Below, piece after piece: positions 54,793-61,750 of a stretch of DNA of 61,750 bases (position 1 is its first letter; the number at the start of each line of letters is the position of its first letter). Source of the DNA: a virus. Its lineage: Duplodnaviria; Caudoviricetes. The stretch lies in the IMG/VR virus record IMGVR_UViG_3300044941_000295, positions 1 through 61,750 of that record; one strand, given 5' to 3'. Position numbers and translations under genes: made by a program. A model generated the notes under the pieces. It saw nothing but the letters and a program-made list of their open reading frames with translations. It was not told the DNA's origin and made no database searches.

Positions 54793-55907
54793 ATAAGCAA
54801 CTGACCAAAGAGATAGTTGAAGAATCTTTAAAGATAGTGAAAGATCTATCTCAAAAAGAATTTGAGCTTAAAAAAGCTCGAATTGAGGTTCAGCATGAAA
54901 TTTTGTCCCAAAAGGCCAAGGAATTAGAGGGCTTTAAAAGCTTTAAGATTGGCGGAAATGACGAGCGAATTCATAAGCTTAGAGAACAAAACAAAGAATA
55001 CATTGAGCTTGCCAAAAAGGGCTCAGTCTTCTTAAAAAATGACGAGTTTAAGGGTCTTGTGCCCTTGTTTCCTAGAAACATGATTTTGGTGGGAGCGCAA
55101 ACAGGTGATGGAAAATCTACTCTCACCGCCAATATGACATACCAGTTTTTGGCTCAAGGTGAAAACGTTCTGGTAATTACAAACGAAGAGCACCCAACAG
55201 ATATCATGAATCGTGTTATCTGCTTAACTAAGGGGTGGTCATACCACGACCACACTAGCATTACGCCTGAACAGCAGGCTGAGTTTGATAGGATGTATCC
55301 AATCCTATCCCAAAAACTAGAGATTATTGATGATAACTACAATGGCGTAGGCGGCCTTACTACTACTCTGGAAGGTATTAAAGCTATTCAAAAAAGTCTT
55401 TTGGAAAACGAAAAAAAGTTTGGAATCATCATCTACGACTATTTCCAAAACACTAACACGTCCAACAAAAACCCATCCGCTTCAGGGTTTGAGGTCTTGC
55501 ATGAAGTTGGCAGGTCTTGGGATATCTTTAAAAACCAATATAACGCGCCAATCATCATTTTATCGCAGCTTAAGGCAGCTAGCGAAGAGGATAAAACCCC
55601 TTTTAAAGAAAGAATTGAAGGTAGAAAGTCCATTTACAACTTCTGTACTTGTGCTATCGAAGTAAAGGCAAACAAAGAAACCAGCACTACCGAATGGATT
55701 TTTAAGAAGTCGCGCTTTGCAAAGGCCATGGGGGTTACGGTTAAAACAGGGTTTGACAGGGGTAGATATGTGCCGTATAATAGGGAATTCGCAGCCAAAG
55801 TAGAACGTGAAAGAATGGAAAAGCAAATGGCTGAGATTAGAAAAAAAGATAGCGCCAAAATTAACGAGATTTTGGGCGCAAAACAAATGGAGGTAGAAAA
55901 TGCGTAA
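54789..55907 (+). CDS. DnaB-like (SF4) replicative helicase
   Basis: GAQTGDGKST, TNEE, YDYFQ, LSQL, KSRF. Confidence 0.85.
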   Translation: MNKQLTKEIVEESLKIVKDLSQKEFELKKARIEVQHEILSQKAKELEGFKSFKIGGNDERIHKLREQNKEYIELAKKGSVFLKNDEFKGLVPLFPRNMILVGAQTGDGKSTLTANMTYQFLAQGENVLVITNEEHPTDIMNRVICLTKGWSYHDHTSITPEQQAEFDRMYPILSQKLEIIDDNYNGVGGLTTTLEGIKAIQKSLLENEKKFGIIIYDYFQNTNTSNKNPSASGFEVLHEVGRSWDIFKNQYNAPIIILSQLKAASEEDKTPFKERIEGRKSIYNFCTCAIEVKANKETSTTEWIFKKSRFAKAMGVTVKTGFDRGRYVPYNREFAAKVERERMEKQMAEIRKKDSAKINEILGAKQMEVENA

Positions 55908-56358
55908 ATTAAATCAATTAAATTTAGTAGAATTTTTATATGCAGGAGTGTTAACTTTTCTGCAAGAAGTCCTTATGAAGTTTTCCCTTTTATCTAAAGG
56001 GAAGCTCGAAAAAATCCTCCTTAACATCTTTGACAGAGTGAGCGCGGCCCATTTTAAGTTATTTTTTCAAATGGATATTAAAGAAGTTTGCAAACAAATT
56101 CAAAGCCCCACATTAGATTCTCAAACAAAAAATTCTTTAATTTTTAATGTTGTTTTACCTTTTGCTAAAAGACAAGTTCGGATTCAAGCTAAAACCTGCA
56201 GGCTGTATTTGGGAGAAAAAATAGAAAAACAAATGCAAGACTTTTGGGTAGCGGTGTTGACGGCATCCATTTTTACAGGCCGCTCATTCAACGAAATAAG
56301 GGATGAAATGTTGAAAATGTTAGAGGAAAAGACTAATGCAACAAAAAAAGCTAATTGA
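55900..56358 (+). CDS. hypothetical protein
   Basis: GGAGG RBS. Confidence 0.65.
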   Translation: MRKLNQLNLVEFLYAGVLTFLQEVLMKFSLLSKGKLEKILLNIFDRVSAAHFKLFFQMDIKEVCKQIQSPTLDSQTKNSLIFNVVLPFAKRQVRIQAKTCRLYLGEKIEKQMQDFWVAVLTASIFTGRSFNEIRDEMLKMLEEKTNATKKAN

Positions 56359-57202
56359 GCTTTTATTTAACGAGGGGGAGACGGTTTGTGTTTCTCCCAA
56401 CAAGCTAGGCTATCATAGCATTAGTCAGGACATGGTTTGGGGCGAAAATATCAAGCTACAACCGCCTCCAGAAGCTTTTGACAGTACAGTTCGATGGTGT
56501 CACAGGAAAGACATACAGTTGATTGCCATAAACCCAATTAGCGGCTTTAGAAGAGATGAAAATGTAACGGCTTTTAGAAGCTTTTTGATTGAATTGGACG
56601 ACGGCGGATTAAAAGATCAGTTTGATTATATTAAATCTATAGGACTCCCCTATTCCGTCTGTATATTCTCGGGCAGCAAATCTTTACACTTTGCCGTCAC
56701 TCTAAATGAAGATCTTCCAGACGAGGATACTTATCGGCTATATTCTGAGTGGCTATTGAGGGTGGTTTCGAGGGCAGACCAAAAGACTAAAAACCCTAGT
56801 CGGTCTATTCGTTTTGCTGGAAATCTTCGACGTGAAACGGGTAAGGAAATGAAGATAGTTGACTTTAGGGGCAGGATTCCTCTTGCAGATCTTATGTATT
56901 TTTTATCCAAGCATCCTGACAAAGACCCTCGGCTAGAATATGTAAAGAGGTCTGTTGAGGTGACGGCAGAAGTAAATGGCGTGCCTGACTGGATCTGGAG
57001 AAAACTGGCTTCTGGGATTGATGAAAGCAAGGGGCGAAATAATGAGTGGTTTGGCATATTTATGGAATTTGCCAAGGCGGGGTATGACTACGAAAGCATG
57101 GTAAATATTCTAGAGGAGTATTTTACTCCTGAGCGGGATTTTACACGCAGGGAATGGAAAACAATTGCTAAAAGCGCATGTAAGAGGTTAAAAAATGGCT
57201 AA
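56336..57202 (+). CDS. archaeo-eukaryotic-type primase (AEP) with C-terminal helical domain
   Basis: LIELDD, FSGSKSLH, DQKTKNPSR, GRNN. Confidence 0.8.
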   Translation: MQQKKLIELLFNEGETVCVSPNKLGYHSISQDMVWGENIKLQPPPEAFDSTVRWCHRKDIQLIAINPISGFRRDENVTAFRSFLIELDDGGLKDQFDYIKSIGLPYSVCIFSGSKSLHFAVTLNEDLPDEDTYRLYSEWLLRVVSRADQKTKNPSRSIRFAGNLRRETGKEMKIVDFRGRIPLADLMYFLSKHPDKDPRLEYVKRSVEVTAEVNGVPDWIWRKLASGIDESKGRNNEWFGIFMEFAKAGYDYESMVNILEEYFTPERDFTRREWKTIAKSACKRLKNG

Positions 57203-57809
57203 TAGAAAACTAAACAATGATGACGTTGAGCATTTTATAGATAACGACCTGTATATCCCGACAAGGACAGTTTATGTGGGCCCTACAGGCGAAGACGCCG
57301 AAACTAACGTCCTAATGGCGGAAAGAGCCATTAAAATCCTCCACATTTTGGACAGCAAATCCGACGATCCAATTGAGGTTCTTATGATCAATCCCGGCGG
57401 CTCTTTTGACGACGGCATGGCTATTTATGATGCCATCCAGCTATGCCGTAGTCCAATCACAATTAAAGTGTTTGGTTACGCCTATAGCATGGCTGCAGTT
57501 ATTCTACAGGCTGCTGACGAAAGGCTTTTGGCACCTAACGCTAAACTTATGATCCATTATGGCGAAGACGGTCTTGCCATGAATCACCCCAAAACCAACC
57601 GAAACTGGAAAAAACAAAACGACAAAGACTCTAAATGGATGAAAGATCTTTTTCTGGAAAAAATTAGGGAAAAACATCCCGACTTTCCCGAGTCTAAGTT
57701 AGAGAAAATGCTTGATTTTGATACAATTTTCTCTGCAGAAGAGGCGGTTGCTTTGGGTTTGGCAGACAAGGTTATGGAAGTGGCAAAAGGTCACACTCAA
57801 GAAGAATAG
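57195..57809 (+). CDS. clpP: ClpP-like protease
   Basis: NPGGS, AYSMA, MIHY, SAEEAVALGLAD. Confidence 0.88.
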   Translation: MANRKLNNDDVEHFIDNDLYIPTRTVYVGPTGEDAETNVLMAERAIKILHILDSKSDDPIEVLMINPGGSFDDGMAIYDAIQLCRSPITIKVFGYAYSMAAVILQAADERLLAPNAKLMIHYGEDGLAMNHPKTNRNWKKQNDKDSKWMKDLFLEKIREKHPDFPESKLEKMLDFDTIFSAEEAVALGLADKVMEVAKGHTQEE

Positions 57810-57811
57810 CG

Positions 57812-57840
57812 TTGACAAGTTCTAGGTCGTGTTGTAAAAT
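57812..57840 (+). promoter_or_regulatory. sigma70-like promoter TTGACA-17-TAAAAT
   Basis: Near-consensus hexamers. Confidence 0.8.
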
Positions 57841-57858
57841 TGCCGCAAGAGGTGACGG

Positions 57859-58041
57859 ATGGAAAAACAGCTAGCAAACCATATTAAAAATCTTAAGAAG
57901 CACATGACAAGAGGGCAATTTGATCGTAGAAAGGTTAAGGATGATTTTGCCTTAACAATTTCGGTCACTTATATTGAAAACGCGATTAAAAAAGGTGAAA
58001 TTACTGAAAAACAGTTTAAGCAGGTTTTAAAAGGGAGATAA
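57859..58041 (+). CDS. hypothetical protein
   Basis: GAGG RBS. Confidence 0.65.
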   Translation: MEKQLANHIKNLKKHMTRGQFDRRKVKDDFALTISVTYIENAIKKGEITEKQFKQVLKGR

Positions 58042-58042
58042 C

Positions 58043-58522
58043 ATGGGCAACACACTAACTGTAATTTTGTTTATTCTTGGCGCCATTGGACTTTATCGAG
58101 TTCTTGATTTTTTAATGGCTGCCATTCTTGTAGTTAAGAAAGCTTGGGAAAAAAGCAAAATGTACCGAGAGCTGGAAAATAAAAGAAAAGAGCTGCTTAA
58201 AAAGGGCGAAAACCACTCTTGGGTAGAGGTTACTGGCCCAGACGGAACTAAGATTACAGTTTGTGAAAAAACAGGCTGGTGCCCATCTAGAAACTCATTT
58301 TTGTCCCTTTCTACTATTAAGGCTTTGAAGGCTATCGACAAAACCGAAAGAGAATACGAGGCTTTTAAAAAGCAGGAAATGGAAGAAATTGCGACTAAAA
58401 ATAACATGACACCTGCAGCTTTAGAGTCGCTTTATGTCGAACTTTTGAAAATTAAACCAAAATTCTATCTTATGCGTATGAAAAGTTTTTTAGAAGACGT
58501 AAAGGAAGGAAAAAATGTTTGA
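58043..58522 (+). CDS. membrane-anchored hypothetical protein
   Basis: N-terminal hydrophobic helix. Confidence 0.7.
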   Translation: MGNTLTVILFILGAIGLYRVLDFLMAAILVVKKAWEKSKMYRELENKRKELLKKGENHSWVEVTGPDGTKITVCEKTGWCPSRNSFLSLSTIKALKAIDKTEREYEAFKKQEMEEIATKNNMTPAALESLYVELLKIKPKFYLMRMKSFLEDVKEGKNV

Positions 58523-59459
58523 TTTGGGTTTTGGTGATCCTGTATTGATTAGGTCTTGCCTTAAAAATATGCAGGCCCTGCAATTTGCCAATATGGGCTA
58601 CAGGCTTGAAGACGATTGCGAAAATGAGATTATCGCATGGGTGAAGTCGTACTATAAAAACATGTTCCATAAAGAGTACAAACACATCATGCTAACTCAT
58701 GGCGCTAACGGTGGGTTACACATGGCAGTTAAAACTCTAAAAAAGAGCAAAGACTACTTTTACATTAACGATCTTTCTTTTGCATGGTATAAGAAAATTC
58801 TTCAAACAGAAAAGGTGACAACTGTTTTGTCCAAAGACTTGCGGCAAGAGATGTCGGAAATGTCTTCAGTTTACATCGTAGATAGTCCGTCCAATCCTTG
58901 GGGGCATCAAATTCTTAATGACGATCTTAATAGCTCGACGGTTGTTTGGGATTCGGTTTACGCCTCCCCAATCTTTATGGATGCCTCTATTCTGGCAGCG
59001 CCCAAGCATACCATTATGGTTGGATCTTTAAGTAAGATGTTGGGCCTTTCAGGGCTAAGAATTGGTTGGATTGCAACTAATGACGACTTTTTGGCTGAAA
59101 ATTTGTCGTTTTATATCTCAACCTGTTACTGTGGTCTTTCAACTCCATCTCTTGAAATGGCTAATCAAATTATCCAAGACATTGATCTTAGACATTTTAA
59201 TTTTCAGGCAAAGCTGCACCTTGACTTTAACAGAGAAGAGTTTCAAAAACTAAAAAACATATTCTCTCTAGATGCCCCACCGTTTGGTATGTTCTACATG
59301 GGCGTACTTGATGACTTAAATAGAAAAATTTTGGAAAAAGCCAATGTTAAAGGGATTGAGTTAAGGGCCATGGACGGCTCTGAATATATTCGATTTAATA
59401 TGGCAGACGATTATCAAAAAACAAAGGAAGCTATTAAGCTTATTTTAAAACATGGATAA
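58515..59459 (+). CDS. PLP-dependent aminotransferase (class I/II)
   Basis: SPSNPWG, WDSVY, GSLSKMLGLSGLRIGW. Confidence 0.88.
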   Translation: MFDLGFGDPVLIRSCLKNMQALQFANMGYRLEDDCENEIIAWVKSYYKNMFHKEYKHIMLTHGANGGLHMAVKTLKKSKDYFYINDLSFAWYKKILQTEKVTTVLSKDLRQEMSEMSSVYIVDSPSNPWGHQILNDDLNSSTVVWDSVYASPIFMDASILAAPKHTIMVGSLSKMLGLSGLRIGWIATNDDFLAENLSFYISTCYCGLSTPSLEMANQIIQDIDLRHFNFQAKLHLDFNREEFQKLKNIFSLDAPPFGMFYMGVLDDLNRKILEKANVKGIELRAMDGSEYIRFNMADDYQKTKEAIKLILKHG

Positions 59460-59548
59460 ATGTCAGTTTTATGAAGTATTTTGCGGCTGCGAATGGTGTC
59501 CGTTCCATTTAGACAATTGTGAAAAACCATAAAAAGAGGGGAGCAAAG

Positions 59549-59785
59549 ATGAAACTCTATGAGGCTATAGCTACGGGTAAGCCACACAAAAGAAAGAATG
59601 ATAATTATGTTTATTTTGTCCCTCATGTAGGGGGAATAGGTTACAGCCAGCAGGACGTTATGGCAGATGATTGGGTTGTAAGTGACGGTAAAACCAGCCT
59701 TTTATCTGACACTGGTAAGACAAAAACAGAGCCTAAAGTCCTTAATTTTATGGAAAGATTGGCTAAAAAGTTTAAAAAAGATTGA
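59549..59785 (+). CDS. Tad2/DUF2829-like small protein
   Basis: LYEAIATGK..KRK and SQQDVMADDW motif. Confidence 0.55.
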   Translation: MKLYEAIATGKPHKRKNDNYVYFVPHVGGIGYSQQDVMADDWVVSDGKTSLLSDTGKTKTEPKVLNFMERLAKKFKKD

Positions 59786-59852
59786 CTACACACCGCTCCT
59801 CCGTTTAACTTGTTGTAAAATAAGGGTTTTTTAATTATTTTAAAAATATGTT

Positions 59853-59885
59853 TTGCGTACATTAAATATTTAGTGTACACTAAAT
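59853..59885 (+). promoter_or_regulatory. sigma70-like promoter TTGCGT-17-TACACT overlapped by an 18-bp perfect palindrome
   Basis: ATTTAGTGTACACTAAAT at 59868-59885. Confidence 0.65.
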
Positions 59886-59901
59886 GTATCTGGAGGACGC
59901 T

Positions 59902-60387
59902 ATGCAACTTAACCACATCCTAGTTACTCGCCCTGAATACCAAAAGACTCTGTTTAATAAAGTTGTCGGTAAGAACGGCAAGACCTACTACTACAACGCC
60001 ACTTCTGTTTGGGTTGATGGCGACGGCAAAGGTATGGGCGGCAGAACCGTCACATACGAAATGCTTGAAGGGGGCGAAGAGGTTTTGAAGGGCCCTTGGC
60101 AAACCAACGTAGAAGACTTAAAGCAGCAAACGGGCGTTGATCTGACCGAAAACTTCTTCTCGTTTGGCTTGGTGTTTGCATCTAGACAGGACTCTATTCG
60201 GTTTACGGAAGGTGAAGATGTTGAGCCTCTAGTTTCTGACGCCGACTGGACTAAGGGCAAGTTTTGGGGTGCGCAAGATCGCATGACCGACATGATTTTA
60301 AAAATGGGCTTGGACTATATGTCTGATTTGGATATGGTAGTTATTAACGGTCTAGGTGGTGTAATGACAACACCCCTTAAATTTTAA
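59902..60387 (+). CDS. hypothetical early protein
   Basis: GGAGG RBS; GMGGR...LKGPW motif. Confidence 0.7.
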   Translation: MQLNHILVTRPEYQKTLFNKVVGKNGKTYYYNATSVWVDGDGKGMGGRTVTYEMLEGGEEVLKGPWQTNVEDLKQQTGVDLTENFFSFGLVFASRQDSIRFTEGEDVEPLVSDADWTKGKFWGAQDRMTDMILKMGLDYMSDLDMVVINGLGGVMTTPLKF

Positions 60388-60397
60388 GGAGAACAAT

Positions 60398-61060
60398 GTG
60401 AAAGTAAAACTAATATCAATTACCAAACCTGTTTTTCACGAAATTGAACACTTTACTCCTGAGCAACTTATGGTGTATGTAGCGCGTGTGTCTAACCCTT
60501 CTAATCAAATGAATACTGCTACAGCGTCTAAATTGCTAGGGTATTGTATTAAAAACGGGCACTGGTCGGTATTTGAGCATGTAAGCTTCACAGTTGAAAT
60601 TAAAACTTCTAGGGCTATTGCGGCTCAAATTTTAAGACATCGCTCTGCCGTTTTTCAAGAGTTTAGTCAAAGGTATGCCGAAGCAATGAACAATGAATTT
60701 TATCCAGCTCGTAGACAGGACTTAAAGAATAGGCAAAATTCTTTTGATGATATGTCTCAAGAAGATAAAAATTGGTTTCAAAAAGCTCAAGAGGAAGTGT
60801 GGGACAAAGCTATAAACTATTACAAAGAAGCCCTTAAAAAAGGGGTGGCAAAAGAACAGGCTAGATTTTTACTACCTTTGTCTACTCAAACCACCCTTTA
60901 CATGACCAATAATGTGCGAAATTGGATTCATTATATTGATCTTAGAACTACTGAAGGCACCCAATTGGAGCATAGACAAATTGCAGAAGAAATTAAAGAA
61001 ATATTTAAAAAAGAGTTCCCGGCAATTGCGGAAGCAAAGGGCTGGCTAATATCGGAATAA
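60398..61060 (+). CDS. thyX: FAD-dependent thymidylate synthase
   Basis: HWSVFEH, RHRSAVFQEFSQRY, EQARFLLP, QLEHR. Confidence 0.93.
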   Translation: MKVKLISITKPVFHEIEHFTPEQLMVYVARVSNPSNQMNTATASKLLGYCIKNGHWSVFEHVSFTVEIKTSRAIAAQILRHRSAVFQEFSQRYAEAMNNEFYPARRQDLKNRQNSFDDMSQEDKNWFQKAQEEVWDKAINYYKEALKKGVAKEQARFLLPLSTQTTLYMTNNVRNWIHYIDLRTTEGTQLEHRQIAEEIKEIFKKEFPAIAEAKGWLISE

Positions 61061-61088
61061 ATTAGTAATTAATACAAAAAGGAGATGT

Positions 61089-61229
61089 ATGGAAGCTTTA
61101 TTGAAGAAAAAAGAAGAACTTGAAATTAAACTCGACCATTATTCCCGTACAGATCGGGTCGCTTATGATCGAGTTTTGATGCAACTTTTTGAAGTAGAGA
61201 TGGATATCCTAGAGGCACTTAAACGCTAG
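61089..61229 (+). CDS. 46-aa hypothetical protein (MEALLKKKEE...)
   Basis: AAGGAG RBS; below ORF cutoff. Confidence 0.55.
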   Translation: MEALLKKKEELEIKLDHYSRTDRVAYDRVLMQLFEVEMDILEALKR

Positions 61230-61235
61230 GGTTGT

Positions 61236-61269
61236 TGAAGGATGAAAAGGACTTCATCCTTCATTTTTT
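61236..61269 (+). terminator. intrinsic terminator
   Basis: TGAAGGATGAA-loop-TTCATCCTTCA then T-run. Confidence 0.85.
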
Positions 61270-61420
61270 AAATCTTACGTTTTATTTGAAGTATTTTTAA
61301 AATATTCTATTTAAAATTTAGTGCTAAAAACGTTTAAACTAAAATACTTATATAATTAAAATTACAAGATTTTTTGATATTATATTAAATTTATAAACAC
61401 AAATTTTGATTGCATAGCGA

Positions 61421-61750
61421 CTAAAATTTATTTAAAAATGATGAAAGCATAATATTAATAGGAAATTGAAAACGATTCATTGCCTTACTAAAACTGCCTG
61501 ATAAAATCCTAGCTGTAGTTGAGTTATTAGGTACACAAAATACTCTACCGTCTGGTAACAATACTCCACCATAAAAAGCATTAGAACCCGGATATGTACC
61601 ACTCGGAGTAGTTACAGTATCGGTTACAGGATTATAAATTCTAGCTGTAGTTGAGGCATAAGGTACACAAAATACTCTTCCGTCAGGTAACAACACCCCA
61701 CCAGCAAAAGCACCAGAACCCGGATATGTTCCAGAAGGAGTAGTTAAAGT
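61421..61750 (-). CDS. C-terminal end of a Kelch/beta-propeller repeat protein (starts beyond the window)
   Basis: 42-aa repeats GGVLLPDGRVFCVP..STTARIYNPVTDTVTTPSGTYPGS; frame open to the window edge. Confidence 0.7.
   Translation of the reverse strand, partial: TLTTPSGTYPGSGAFAGGVLLPDGRVFCVPYASTTARIYNPVTDTVTTPSGTYPGSNAFYGGVLLPDGRVFCVPNNSTTARILSGSFSKAMNRFQFPINIMLSSFLNKF

Noticed and set aside
61421-61750. DGR template/variable repeat pair
   Set aside because: Repeats are tandem in-frame propeller blades, differences are not adenine-specific, and no reverse transcriptase is in the window
1-61750. tRNA/rRNA genes, integrase, IS elements; many short minus-strand ORFs in the track
   Set aside because: No recognisable RNA gene or transposase motifs by eye (a tRNAscan/Infernal run would be needed to exclude them fully); the short minus ORFs lie antisense to confident genes

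Overview
The window is a 61.7-kb, densely coding, mostly + strand segment of a large tailed (contractile-tail) bacteriophage genome. No rRNA, tRNA, CRISPR array or integrase is visible. About 1-25 kb is a virion module: a repeat/GNAT multidomain protein, neck/tail-completion-like proteins, tail sheath, GroEL-like chaperonin, intein-containing terminase, portal and an intein-containing gpF-like head protein. About 25-61 kb holds early islands plus replication, recombination and nucleotide genes (SF2 helicases, sigma-like factors, SbcCD-like pair, NrdAB, DnaE, SSB, RecA/UvsX, DnaB-like helicase, AEP primase, ClpP-like and S8 proteases, ThyX). The strongest unannotated signal is at 6552-8293. A gene with an mCpol/GGDEF-like N-terminal domain and a long acidic repeat ends in a textbook -1 ribosomal frameshift cassette (internal AGGAGG, A-AAA-AAG, downstream stem/pseudoknot). 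The shift opens a 94-codon basic extension missed by the ORF track, beginning with a likely maturation-protease site (DVVK|S). Other notable signals are: three promoter classes (sigma70-like, TGGTATAT, AATCTTTA); exact 6-nt leaderless spacing; an apparently split sigma factor; a recurrent hydrophobic-x-K|S motif in head-region proteins; a Tad2-like sponge; a GroES-like gene far from GroEL; and tandem TAA-TAA stops inside the SbcC-like gene. All protein family calls are from motif recognition by eye, not database searches.
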